Source: a virus. Taken from it: a stretch of DNA of 64,000 bases. Below the pieces are notes generated by a model. The model saw only the letters and a list, made by a program, of their open reading frames with translations, did not search any database and was not told where the DNA came from. Position numbers and translations under genes: made by a program. Shown piece by piece: positions 40,323 to 49,653 of this stretch. How positions within the stretch are numbered: position 1 is the first letter of the stretch; each line of letters opens with the position of its first letter. The stretch is from positions 3,681-67,680 of the IMG/VR virus record IMGVR_UViG_3300029922_000055; one strand, given 5' to 3'.

Positions 40323-40973
40323 TTAGTTTGAAGATTCAGGTGTTATCACAGGATTAGAAATATTTCCATTACCAATCTGTGGATCGGTTGGAGAATATAC
40401 CCAGAAATCATATTGGAAAGTTGCATTAAACTTTACAGAATCTCCAGCCTGATTGTAATCGATATTTACTTCGGCAACATTCTGCAACCACGCATTGTAA
40501 AGATAATACTTGTTTGGTTCTTGACTAGGATCGGTTCCGGCTCCACCATTTCTATAAGCAGTGATAACAATATGGTCACAAATACCAGTATCGGCAATTG
40601 AACCAGCGGCATTGTTTCCACGCTTCCTGCTATAATTAGAATGTCCAGCAGTTACATCAAATATCTTTTGCTGCCAAGAATAAAGAAATGTTGCCACACC
40701 CTGACTTTCAGTTTCTTCAAAAGTAATATCCGAAGTATTTGAGAAAGTTGGTTTGCCAGGAAAGAATTGTTTCATGGCTCCATAACTAGATTCTATTGCT
40801 TCGTTACCACGTTGAGGAATGGTGAAAGAACGTGCTCTTAGAGTAACATCATCAGAAGTCCAACCAGGAATAAGACTCCCAGCATTTATAAAACTAACTT
40901 CATAATTATAGTTTCTCTGAATATCGGCAAAGTTCCTGATATTCCTTCCTTCTATATATAGTCCACCCGGCAT
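40323..40973 (-). CDS. gp19: Tail tube protein gp19
   Basis: R.YNYEV, ARSFTIP, FPGK.TF, WQQ.I, LYNAW...V..V..DY, F.YD.W. Follows the sheath gene. Confidence 0.85.
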   Translation of the reverse strand: MPGGLYIEGRNIRNFADIQRNYNYEVSFINAGSLIPGWTSDDVTLRARSFTIPQRGNEAIESSYGAMKQFFPGKPTFSNTSDITFEETESQGVATFLYSWQQKIFDVTAGHSNYSRKRGNNAAGSIADTGICDHIVITAYRNGGAGTDPSQEPNKYYLYNAWLQNVAEVNIDYNQAGDSVKFNATFQYDFWVYSPTDPQIGNGNISNPVITPESSN

Positions 40974-40976
40974 GTT

Positions 40977-42746
40977 TTATCCCTCACTCACGGAAACAGA
41001 GTCCGAAGAAATTGTTACTGTCAAACTAATAAACTCGATTGTGTATGTTGGCTGAATATATACAGCAACATTTAAGATATTCTGAGCAATGGTTGTAGAA
41101 GTGTTATTCGAATTATCACAAACAACTCCGAAACTCTGAACACCATTTCCTGCAAGAACACTAGAAAGGAACGCATTTATTAAAGAACTTACACGCTCCC
41201 TAGCTTTCACAGTATTTCCCGTGAACAAGAATCCATTAAGAATTGAAGTAATATTGTCCTCTACATAAATCAACATCTTTCTTACATTCAATCTATCTCT
41301 AGCAGTTGTAAGAAGTTGTGCAGTCTTTTGTCCCCAAATAACTCCGCCAATTCCATTTAAGAACTTGATAGTGTTTAGGTTATATTGGTTGTAAAGAGGA
41401 CCAGCTTGTGCAGGAGTCAAGTTTACATTCTGAGTGCCCGAAGGAAGCTGACCAACAGCAATACCAGCAGGAGCATCCCAAGGATTACCAACACGACTAG
41501 CTCTTAAAGAAACTTCAGCACCATAAATTCCATTTGGCAAGTAAACTCGAACTTTATTGTAACGATCAAACACTAAGTTCCATCCGACATATTTTCCGAA
41601 ATAACTTGGATTAGATGCTACAACAATATTTGAAGAATCTTGTATGATAGCGTTTACCGAAGTAGATGTTAAAGCTGTTGCCTGAATGTATCCAGTAAAA
41701 TCTAACCTTTGACCAACCAAAGAATCTAAAGCAGCAATTTCATTAGGATCGGAATAAGAATTCATGGTTCTAGGAGTTACAAAAGCAACATCTACCGGAG
41801 AAGTTTCTTTATTAGCAAACAATCCCCAAACAGTTGATGCATTTATCGGAGAGAGAGTTCCGGCATCATTTCCACCAGTCAACCCAAAAGCAGTAGTAGT
41901 ATAAGCAGGAAGAGTCCCATCAGTCTTATTACTAGTAACGTAAACATAATTTGAATTCCCATTGATAACAGATTGAATAAACAAATCATTCCCATTAGGA
42001 TCGTTGTCTAGGAAATTTGTAGACCCATACCAAGTCTCTACAGGTGAACCAGAAGTTAATGACCACCAAGTAGCATCAAAGTTCTGATTAAAAAGCTTTG
42101 TGAAAACCTGAACCTTAAAAACTCTATTTCCAACCCTTGAAGCAGCAGAAGAAATAGCAGTGGAATCATACTTGTTATACCAGTCATAGAAACCAGATAA
42201 ACTAGTTGCGGAAATTGCAGGTGTCCAAACAGCTACGGCAATGTTGTTTCCAGTAGCGCCAGGACCAATAGCAGCGAATCTAAGACCAGCAGGAGAACCA
42301 TTATAGATAGTCAAATCGTAATTATTGTTTGGCAAGTTCCCATCAGGAAATCCAGCAATGTTAGGATATGCCGTAGAAGCAGCAGCAGATACGGTTCCAT
42401 ATGTTCCGGATGTCGCAGCAGATGAATTGGTGGGGACAGTTACGTTTGCATATGTCTCGGTTCCATCTGTCAATCTAACGTAATAAAGATTGGTAGTTTC
42501 TCTTAAAGCTTCTATCCCAGCATAAATCCCATAGTCTATTGCAGAAACTAATGGATATGAACCAGACACCATCGGAATACCAAATGTCTGAACTAGTTGT
42601 GATTCGCTCTGAACCAAAACCTTTGAATTGGGAATGCCCTGAAATGCCCTTCCCATTACCGCCGCATATGACGCATTAGGATTTGACGGAACAAAAGAAT
42701 TATCTATCTCTTGTAAATAAGTTCCTGGATAAGTTCCTACAGCCAT
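40977..42746 (-). CDS. gp18: Tail sheath protein gp18
   Basis: PGTYLQEIDNS, PWDAPAG, IWGQKT, DRLNVRK, VVCDNSNNT, IQPT..IEFI. Confidence 0.95.
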   Translation of the reverse strand: MAVGTYPGTYLQEIDNSFVPSNPNASYAAVMGRAFQGIPNSKVLVQSESQLVQTFGIPMVSGSYPLVSAIDYGIYAGIEALRETTNLYYVRLTDGTETYANVTVPTNSSAATSGTYGTVSAAASTAYPNIAGFPDGNLPNNNYDLTIYNGSPAGLRFAAIGPGATGNNIAVAVWTPAISATSLSGFYDWYNKYDSTAISSAASRVGNRVFKVQVFTKLFNQNFDATWWSLTSGSPVETWYGSTNFLDNDPNGNDLFIQSVINGNSNYVYVTSNKTDGTLPAYTTTAFGLTGGNDAGTLSPINASTVWGLFANKETSPVDVAFVTPRTMNSYSDPNEIAALDSLVGQRLDFTGYIQATALTSTSVNAIIQDSSNIVVASNPSYFGKYVGWNLVFDRYNKVRVYLPNGIYGAEVSLRASRVGNPWDAPAGIAVGQLPSGTQNVNLTPAQAGPLYNQYNLNTIKFLNGIGGVIWGQKTAQLLTTARDRLNVRKMLIYVEDNITSILNGFLFTGNTVKARERVSSLINAFLSSVLAGNGVQSFGVVCDNSNNTSTTIAQNILNVAVYIQPTYTIEFISLTVTISSDSVSVSEG

Positions 42747-42797
42747 TTTGATACCTCTGAATTTTATAAAATTATTTAGCTAATTTTTCTTTAGAAG

Positions 42798-42805
42798 TAT
42801 TTATA
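42798..42805 (-). promoter_or_regulatory. T4-type late promoter for the sheath-tube-baseplate operon
   Basis: Exact TATAAATA between terL and the sheath gene. A second TAAATA lies at 42773-42778. Confidence 0.65.
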
Positions 42806-42808
42806 AAT

Positions 42809-44434
42809 TTAGTTATAACCATTTCCGAAATATATATCATTGTTTTGAGAGTTTTGGAAATTTTGGGGGGTATCTTGGAAATCGTTTGAAAAAGCATTTC
42901 CGAAAAAGTTTGAATGAATATCTTCCGAACTTAAGAATGTTGGAACTTCTTCATCTGAACCTTTATTAGATTTTCCGGAATCTTTTGCATTAGTTGTTGC
43001 ATCATAAAATCCAGAGATTAGATAATACAACCCAATCCACATGGAACAAACAGTATCGTCATTTTCGTTTTGTCCAATTGCTTGCCAAACTCCAGGATTT
43101 TTCTCTTCAAATCTACTCAATTCATAGAGAGTCTTCATATCATTTATTTGAAGCCAACCATTTTCTATATACTTTTTCATTAGCAAAACACCTGCTAGTT
43201 TTGTTTTTTTTGTAGAACGAATACCTAGGCCATTCTTATCGAAATTTATAAGTTTGTCACAATCGTATTCGTAAAAAATCTTATCACAAACCAATTCTCC
43301 TATATCATTACTTTCAACCATCATCTCTGCTTTATTATAATATTCTGAAATACCCACACATATACCAGCAAACGTTTCCGGGTCGGTTTCATTATTGCGA
43401 AAAACTGCAACTTGGTCTATATCTTTTTCGGAATTTATTTTTAATACTTGAACAACAGAATAATCAGAACCAGTGCCTCTACTTGGATCGACCCCTAATA
43501 CATATTCACAGCCATCTATAGGTAATTCATATATCAGCATTGCTCCATTGTATTTATTTTCTATTGGTGTTCTTGTATCTATTCTTTCTAAAATTCCAGG
43601 AGTTATTAAGGTATTTGAACTTCCTTGGAATTGGCCCTCATGCTCCTGAAGGAACGCTTGTGTTGTCATATCTTTTTTTGTATCTTCTGCCCATTTTTCA
43701 TCTCTATCTGGATGGTCTCTCCAAGTTATTTTAATAGGATAAAAATTGTTTTCTCCTTTAACTGCCTTTGAATAAATTTCATAAAAATGATTCAAGCCTT
43801 TTGGCGTAGATACCATAATAAGCTTTGATTTTTTTCCAGATGACATAATAGAATAAACAGAATTCCAAAATTGCTCCCAGATATGCGGTGGCACGAAACT
43901 TGCTTCGTCAAGAAAAACTAATCCTGAAGTTTTTCCACGGACAGAATCTGACGAACTAGAAGCAGCTAAAATAGTCATTCCGTTTTCAAACTGAACAGAA
44001 TTCTTATTCCAACCGCCATTAACAACCCCTTTTTGAAGCCATAGAGGAAATTTCTGAATCGCTATTTTAATTTTTTCCAAAGTATCTTTGGCTGTTGCTT
44101 CTTTGTTTGCTAATATAATAATATTGTCATCTTTTTCAAATAGAGAATAATGAGTAAGAAAAATACTAGTCATCATCCCCTTCCCGACCTGCCTAGCTGC
44201 CAGAAGACATATGTGTTTTTTTCCATTTGGGGGATCGGACATAGCTTTTAATACTTTTTTTTGATATCCATACAATTTTACTAATTGCCTACCACCATCA
44301 ATAGTTTGAATATAAAAATAATGTTCCGCAAAATATATTATATCATTTTTACATTTAACATATTCGTCTATTTGTTCTTTCGTTATTACTACCTTTTCTC
44401 CAGCGGCGCGAAGGGATGGGTTTCCTTGATACAT
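42809..44434 (-). CDS. terL: Terminase large subunit (T4 gp17-like)
   Basis: YQGNP.L, EY.KC..D..YFAE, RQVGK Walker A, LDEASF Walker B, STPKG.NHFY, GVDPSRG.G.DYS nuclease. Confidence 0.96.
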   Translation of the reverse strand: MYQGNPSLRAAGEKVVITKEQIDEYVKCKNDIIYFAEHYFYIQTIDGGRQLVKLYGYQKKVLKAMSDPPNGKKHICLLAARQVGKGMMTSIFLTHYSLFEKDDNIIILANKEATAKDTLEKIKIAIQKFPLWLQKGVVNGGWNKNSVQFENGMTILAASSSSDSVRGKTSGLVFLDEASFVPPHIWEQFWNSVYSIMSSGKKSKLIMVSTPKGLNHFYEIYSKAVKGENNFYPIKITWRDHPDRDEKWAEDTKKDMTTQAFLQEHEGQFQGSSNTLITPGILERIDTRTPIENKYNGAMLIYELPIDGCEYVLGVDPSRGTGSDYSVVQVLKINSEKDIDQVAVFRNNETDPETFAGICVGISEYYNKAEMMVESNDIGELVCDKIFYEYDCDKLINFDKNGLGIRSTKKTKLAGVLLMKKYIENGWLQINDMKTLYELSRFEEKNPGVWQAIGQNENDDTVCSMWIGLYYLISGFYDATTNAKDSGKSNKGSDEEVPTFLSSEDIHSNFFGNAFSNDFQDTPQNFQNSQNNDIYFGNGYN

Positions 44435-45099
44435 TATTTTATTCTTTGTCCTGGTTCAAAACTCCAACCAAGCTCTTTCCAAGTTTTTCCAATATCACTT
44501 TCTTTCAAATCTTTATCATAAAAAAGACTCCAAGACTTAACGGTATTATCGTTAATAAATCTACATCTATTTCTAATTGTAATTCTACTTAAACCGATTC
44601 CTTTATTAGCAAATATTAAAGATTCGAACTTTCCATATGGCGTAATATAATATCCAATAAATCCAGTATGTTTTGCTCCTGGGTATTTTCCTTTCTGAGC
44701 GATTGACATTTTAAGTTTGTCTTCTGGAAGATGTTGGCGACCCCGTTGTAAATTACCCATTTTAGTTTTATGTTCTTCCGTATGGTGTTTACCTTTGAAA
44801 CCATTAACAGAATATATTTTTCCACCCTTACCACCTAATTGTAAATTATATATATCGTCTCTTTTTAAAAATTCTTTATTTACAATCTCAATTTCTTTGT
44901 TATAAGCTTCTTCTTTGTTATCAAACTCAAAAAGTATATCTTTTCTAAAATTTTTTCTGCCATATTTTTTAAACGCGAATTTTAATGCTTTTCCGCTGCC
45001 CTTATAATAATGGTCACGCGAATCCGAATATTTATGAACACCAATATATATTTTTCCGTTTACTAAATTCGTAGTTTGATAGATGTAATATTTCTTCAT
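44434..45099 (-). CDS. Free-standing GIY-YIG (Seg-like) homing endonuclease
   Basis: YIYQTTNLVNGKIYIGVH...Y.GSG, YNL..GG, NUMOD3-like KHHTEEHK repeat. Confidence 0.9.
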   Translation of the reverse strand: MKKYYIYQTTNLVNGKIYIGVHKYSDSRDHYYKGSGKALKFAFKKYGRKNFRKDILFEFDNKEEAYNKEIEIVNKEFLKRDDIYNLQLGGKGGKIYSVNGFKGKHHTEEHKTKMGNLQRGRQHLPEDKLKMSIAQKGKYPGAKHTGFIGYYITPYGKFESLIFANKGIGLSRITIRNRCRFINDNTVKSWSLFYDKDLKESDIGKTWKELGWSFEPGQRIK

Positions 45100-45198
45100 A
45101 AAGTTTTCCTAAAAATTTCTCAAAAAGTCTTTCAAACCTTTTCTAAAACTATTTATGAAAGATCCGTCAAGGTTTCCTAAAAAAATCTCATAATCGAT

Positions 45199-45237
45199 AA
45201 AAAAGTTCTTGACAAACAACCCTAAAAGTGTTATCTT
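45199..45237 (+). promoter_or_regulatory. Sigma70-type early promoter (near-leaderless)
   Basis: AAAAAAGTTC-TTGACA (45209-14), 17 bp, TG-n-TATCTT (45232-37). ATG at 45244. Confidence 0.8.
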
Positions 45238-45243
45238 ATATAT

Positions 45244-45594
45244 ATGAATAAAAATCCAGAAGAATTCCAAAAAGAACTTAACATGCTTTTGATAGAGCCT
45301 TTTCTAGAAAATTTAGAAAAAATTCCAGCAGTCGATATAGAAAGGGATTTCAAACTTTTTCTAATAAGCATAAATTACAAAAACAAGATTCAAATGGATA
45401 TAAGAATTTACGAAAAACATATAGATTTCTTTTGGTTTGATAAAGATTGTAAACTGTTTGATAATGATAGCTTAAAAATTTATAAGCACAATTTCAAATT
45501 ATGTTTAAGAGAAGCATTAGCATTTACAGCAGATAATATATTGGAATTGAAAAAGGAGGCTATTAAGAAAAGAAGAAATTTAAGAAGACACTAA
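45244..45594 (+). CDS. Hypothetical protein, inverted paralog of 45596..45946
   Basis: Gapless alignment with the convergent 116-aa ORF. Has its own promoter. Confidence 0.8.
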   Translation: MNKNPEEFQKELNMLLIEPFLENLEKIPAVDIERDFKLFLISINYKNKIQMDIRIYEKHIDFFWFDKDCKLFDNDSLKIYKHNFKLCLREALAFTADNILELKKEAIKKRRNLRRH

Positions 45595-45595
45595 A

Positions 45596-45946
45596 TCAAT
45601 GTCTCCTCAAAATTCTCCTACGTTTAACCAAAGTTTTCTTCATGCTCTTAAAAACTGCCGTCCAATTTTCTAAAACACTTTTAAAATTTTCTATATCCCA
45701 ATCGTAGGCAAAATAGAAATCATCCTCATCAAAAACTTGGTGCCATTCATTAAAATGATTCACATGAAAATATTTCGAAAACACTTGGACATGCATTCTC
45801 ACACGGCCTTTATAAATTACTCCTATATGTAGTTGTTCTAAATCTGGCAAAACTTCTACGCCTCTTATTTTCTTAAAGTCTTCAAAAAAGCTATCTACAA
45901 GCATTACGTTCAATTCTTTCTGAAAGTTCGTAGAATTTTTCTTCAT
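45596..45946 (-). CDS. Hypothetical protein, inverted paralog of 45244..45594
   Basis: Shares FQKELN and KxRRxLRRH. AAGGA RBS. Confidence 0.8.
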   Translation of the reverse strand: MKKNSTNFQKELNVMLVDSFFEDFKKIRGVEVLPDLEQLHIGVIYKGRVRMHVQVFSKYFHVNHFNEWHQVFDEDDFYFAYDWDIENFKSVLENWTAVFKSMKKTLVKRRRILRRH

Positions 45947-45983
45947 AGTTTTCCTTAAATTATTTCAAAAAGTTTTCTAAAAT

Positions 45984-46301
45984 TTAATGAGAAAGTTTCA
46001 TCAAATGTTTTCTAGTATCTTTTTCTCCAACAGGTGCGTCATATACGTTATCACTATTGAAAAACTTGAATTTTCTTTTGCCATTTTCTTCTAGTTCTGT
46101 AGTTTCTAACCATTCTCCAGAGTTAATTTCTTCTTCGTGGGTTTCGTTCCATTGTTTCATCTCTGTATAGGAATGATTTAGAGAAAATAGTTTTAGCAAT
46201 TCATGGGTCTTTTTATTTCGCATTCCATAACCAATTTTAGAACGACCTGGAAATTTATATTCAGATTCTTCCATTAGTTTTCTGTAAAGTTTGAAGCTCA
46301 T
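45984..46301 (-). CDS. Hypothetical protein with capsid-targeting-like N-terminus
   Basis: MSFKLYRKLMEE. Confidence 0.6.
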   Translation of the reverse strand: MSFKLYRKLMEESEYKFPGRSKIGYGMRNKKTHELLKLFSLNHSYTEMKQWNETHEEEINSGEWLETTELEENGKRKFKFFNSDNVYDAPVGEKDTRKHLMKLSH

Positions 46302-46609
46302 GGAAATACCTTATTTAATTTTTCTTCTATATCGTTTCTGGAAGCTTCTAAAATGTTTTCTCCATAAATTTCGTCAAACCATTCTCTTGAAAGAACATTT
46401 TCCCGATTTTCAAGAACTAACATTAGAGAATCTTTATCACCTTCCTCAAGCAAAAGCAACCACTTATCATACCATTTTTGCTGAGATTCTTTAATAACAT
46501 TTTTAGAAATCTTTCCGAAATAGCCTTTAGAATAGTATTTCTCAAAGACTGATTCAAAGATTTCTTGTTTGTCTGTTTTAGCTTTGTAATAGAAGTGTTT
46601 AAATGACAT
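46298..46609 (-). CDS. Hypothetical protein with capsid-targeting-like N-terminus
   Basis: MSFKHFYY...IFE...IKE. Confidence 0.6.
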   Translation of the reverse strand: MSFKHFYYKAKTDKQEIFESVFEKYYSKGYFGKISKNVIKESQQKWYDKWLLLLEEGDKDSLMLVLENRENVLSREWFDEIYGENILEASRNDIEEKLNKVFP

Positions 46610-46617
46610 GAAATTAT

Positions 46618-47250
46618 TTAGTGTTTCTTTTTCGAATAGTGTGTATTAGCTACTGTATTATTAAACCCCAAATCAAGCAACCTAGCTTTTCCATTAAAAT
46701 CTCCCCAAGAAGCCAGTCTACAAATATCTCCTGGAGGCATATCAAAGTTTATCATTAAATCTACTACTTGATAAACTATAGAGTCCTCGTCATTCAGCAT
46801 TTCTTTAGTTTTTTCGGATATATTTTCCTTTTTTATTTTTCCGCGATAATCTAAATCAGCTTCGGAAATAGCTTTTGTAAAATCTTGCCAAGAAACTTTC
46901 GAAAGAGCTTGAAATTTGCTTGGAGTCATCTTGGTTCCTTTTTTCATAATCAACCAAGAACAATCATCTTCTTCATCTTTATCAATCAATTCAGAAATAA
47001 TATCAGGATACATTTTTTGCATTCCCCAATCGCCTTCTGTATTGTTCTGGTCATATCCCTTTTCGTTTTTAGCAAGTTTTAATACATTTCCGTCACCCAT
47101 GTCATATACAATTCTAGAAGATCCGGTTCCAATTTTCGGAAAGTATCTAGCAACGTATTGAGCCTTTTTCGAAAAACTTTGAAAAGTATCTATAGAATCT
47201 TTATTAAACTTTTCTTCATCTTCTTTTAAGTAGAATTTTTTGAAAGACAT
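46618..47250 (-). CDS. Protein-kinase-like fold protein with capsid-targeting-like N-terminus
   Basis: IGTGSSRIVY, VLKLA, QNNTE, WLIM, GD.....WG, LLDLG. Confidence 0.65.
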   Translation of the reverse strand: MSFKKFYLKEDEEKFNKDSIDTFQSFSKKAQYVARYFPKIGTGSSRIVYDMGDGNVLKLAKNEKGYDQNNTEGDWGMQKMYPDIISELIDKDEEDDCSWLIMKKGTKMTPSKFQALSKVSWQDFTKAISEADLDYRGKIKKENISEKTKEMLNDEDSIVYQVVDLMINFDMPPGDICRLASWGDFNGKARLLDLGFNNTVANTHYSKKKH

Positions 47251-47253
47251 AAT

Positions 47254-47889
47254 TTATTTCCTATGTTTCTTATAAAAAGTGTTAAAAAAATCCTTCTGCA
47301 AACCCGGATCGAGTATAACTAATCTATTTCCAATTTTTCCCCATGAAGACGTTTTAATTACATCACCAACAAGCAATCCTAAAGAGAATGTTAAATCCTG
47401 AACCAAATCTAAGAAGTGAGAAGTTTTTAATAGTTCTTTGGTTTCTTCTGAGACATCTTTCTTTTCTTTGTAATTAACTAGTTTCATTTCTTTCATAGCT
47501 TTTTGAAAAGTTTTGAAAGGTATTTTAGAAATCTTTTCGAAAGTTTCCTCATCAACTGGCTTGGCTTTTTCCATAACTATCCAATATATTTTATCACCTT
47601 GACATTTCTTTTTTAATGCCGGAACCAAATCTCCGAAAAGTTTATGGATTTGATCTGACTGTTCCATCAAATTTTGGCCTAATCCTTTTTCGTTCCAGGC
47701 CAATTTCAATACAGAATTTTTAGAAAGGTCGAATACTAATCTGGAACTACCTTTGCCAATTTGATTTAGATTTTCTTTACAAAATTTAATTTTTTCTTCA
47801 AATGTTTCTAAAGAATCTAAATGCACGAAATTGAATTTACTTTCGGCAAGTTTTTCAGATTCTATTAAATAAAAATTTCTAAAAGCCAT
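47254..47889 (-). CDS. Protein-kinase-like fold protein, tandem paralog
   Basis: IGKGSSRLVF, VLKLA, QNLME, WIVMEK, GD.....WG, ILDPG. Confidence 0.65.
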   Translation of the reverse strand: MAFRNFYLIESEKLAESKFNFVHLDSLETFEEKIKFCKENLNQIGKGSSRLVFDLSKNSVLKLAWNEKGLGQNLMEQSDQIHKLFGDLVPALKKKCQGDKIYWIVMEKAKPVDEETFEKISKIPFKTFQKAMKEMKLVNYKEKKDVSEETKELLKTSHFLDLVQDLTFSLGLLVGDVIKTSSWGKIGNRLVILDPGLQKDFFNTFYKKHRK

Positions 47890-47955
47890 TTGGAAAAATC
47901 CTTGGAAACATTTTAGAAATATTTATGGAGATTAAAATCATTTCGGATATTTTTA

Positions 47956-48492
47956 TTACTTTATTTGAGAATCTACTTCGAAATCAACTTCTATAGCATC
48001 CAATTGGTTATTATTTTTAGCATTTGAAATAGACTTTGAAATAAGATTGTCAAGTTCATTTGAAGAGAGATTGAATGTATTGTTGTTCTGAATATTTTGC
48101 GTAATGTTTCCAGTGCGTATTTGAAATGAATTTTCTGCTCTTAATACATTTAGTTCTAGGTCGGCAACATTAACACACATTTTTCTATATTCTACTACCA
48201 AATCTTTACATTGGGAGACTAAAATTGAGTAAGATTCGATCATACTTGCCGAGAAACCGGGACGGGCCAATTCTTTTTCAACAATATTTTTAACCATCGA
48301 GGCAGAATTTAATAATTGAACTAATTCTTTTTTAATTATATCTACATCTTGAATTTCAATTTTATTTTTATTATATTTCTCGGTCTGTTTTTCTAAATCT
48401 GTTAAACTAGCCATCACTGAACGTTCTTGAACAGGTTCGGAAAAATCATTTTCAAAGCTAGTGTCAAGTTTTTTTGAAAGTCCATCGATCAT
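47956..48492 (-). CDS. Terminase small subunit (T4 gp16-like)
   Basis: Two long helices, then QNNNTFNLSSNEL..L. Lies upstream of terL. Confidence 0.6.
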   Translation of the reverse strand: MIDGLSKKLDTSFENDFSEPVQERSVMASLTDLEKQTEKYNKNKIEIQDVDIIKKELVQLLNSASMVKNIVEKELARPGFSASMIESYSILVSQCKDLVVEYRKMCVNVADLELNVLRAENSFQIRTGNITQNIQNNNTFNLSSNELDNLISKSISNAKNNNQLDAIEVDFEVDSQIK

Positions 48493-49463
48493 TTTTTCAA
48501 ACCCTCTAAGAACTCTATAATTATATCCTTCATTACAAGTTTGTCTGTATATTTTATTTCTAATAATTCTAAATCAGAATCGATACACCATTTCTTTTTT
48601 GTATAATCACTTAATTTAGTTTCTTCTAAGTTTAATATAGCTCTATCCATAGATATTCCACCAAAAGTTGTTGGAAAATAATGCTGAATTCCTTGATATT
48701 CTATTAAGCATAAAACTTTTTCAAACTCATCCAAAATAGCAAAATCAAATCTCAAAACAGCTTTTAGCTTACATTTAGAATTTTTATATTGGGGTTTATT
48801 TTTAATATCTAATTCTTTGAGAATATTAAAAATTGATTTTTCTCCTGTCGAACTTTTACACTTAGGACAACCGCATAATTTATATTTACTTAAGTGGTCA
48901 TGAGGTCTTTGTGAAAATTCATATTTGCACACATTACAAATTAAATTTACTGGAGTATCGGTATTTATATAATGAACGTTTGAATAATCAAAAGCATCGG
49001 AGCCATGTTTATTTTTAGATTCTTGTATAAATTCATCTTGTGTTGTTCTATTAACGTCTTTGTTTTTTTCAATTGCACATTTTTGACAACCACATTTTTT
49101 AATACCTGTATGATCTTGCGGAAATTGCCAAAAATATTCCTGACAATCATTACAAAATATCTTTATTTTAGTATAATTATTTTTATAATATACTTCAGAA
49201 TAATTATATTTTTCTGTTCCGTGTATACTTTGGGCATACACAATATATTCTTTCGTAGTTCTTCTCTTAAGATTTTTACATTCAGAGCAGCCACATCCAT
49301 TTATGTGATGGCCTGGAAATTGCCAAAACTCGTGCCCGTTTGGACAAATTATTAAAACCTTGTATTTATTTCCTTTATAAACTGCTTTAGAATAATCAAA
49401 AATTTCATGGTGTGTTGCGTTAGCTTCATCTTCAAACATTTCTTGTGTTTTCATTTTAGTCAT
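48489..49463 (-). CDS. Free-standing homing endonuclease: DUF723/CapR-like Zn repeats plus Vsr-like PD-(D/E)xK domain
   Basis: Three H...YDYS.V.Y......I.C...GCxxC repeats. S.GE, RFDF, IEYQGIQHY. Confidence 0.8.
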   Translation of the reverse strand: MTKMKTQEMFEDEANATHHEIFDYSKAVYKGNKYKVLIICPNGHEFWQFPGHHINGCGCSECKNLKRRTTKEYIVYAQSIHGTEKYNYSEVYYKNNYTKIKIFCNDCQEYFWQFPQDHTGIKKCGCQKCAIEKNKDVNRTTQDEFIQESKNKHGSDAFDYSNVHYINTDTPVNLICNVCKYEFSQRPHDHLSKYKLCGCPKCKSSTGEKSIFNILKELDIKNKPQYKNSKCKLKAVLRFDFAILDEFEKVLCLIEYQGIQHYFPTTFGGISMDRAILNLEETKLSDYTKKKWCIDSDLELLEIKYTDKLVMKDIIIEFLEGLKK

Positions 49464-49614
49464 TTTAAGTTTCTCCCGATAAGTTGGAATGGTTTTCGCA
49501 AGGTCCTATTTCAGCCTTCATTCCAACCATCGAGCGAAAACTATGGATGGAACATAATTATTTAGTTAAAAAAGGACTTTCGGAAAAATTCTTCAAAACT
49601 ATTTAGAAAATCTC

Positions 49615-49653
49615 AAAAAAGTTCTTGACAAACGACCAATCTTTGATTATATT
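49615..49653 (+). promoter_or_regulatory. Sigma70-type early promoter
   Basis: AAAAAAGTTCTTGACAAAC is identical to the 45199 promoter. 17 bp, TATATT. Confidence 0.8.

Noticed and set aside
42809-44434. Intein or group I intron in terL
   Set aside because: The ORF is continuous and of normal length, with no intein terminal motifs. The adjacent endonuclease is free-standing.
45244-45946. Invertible phase-variation switch formed by the inverted paralogs
   Set aside because: The DNA of the two copies differs at many synonymous sites, with no long identical inverted repeat and no invertase nearby.
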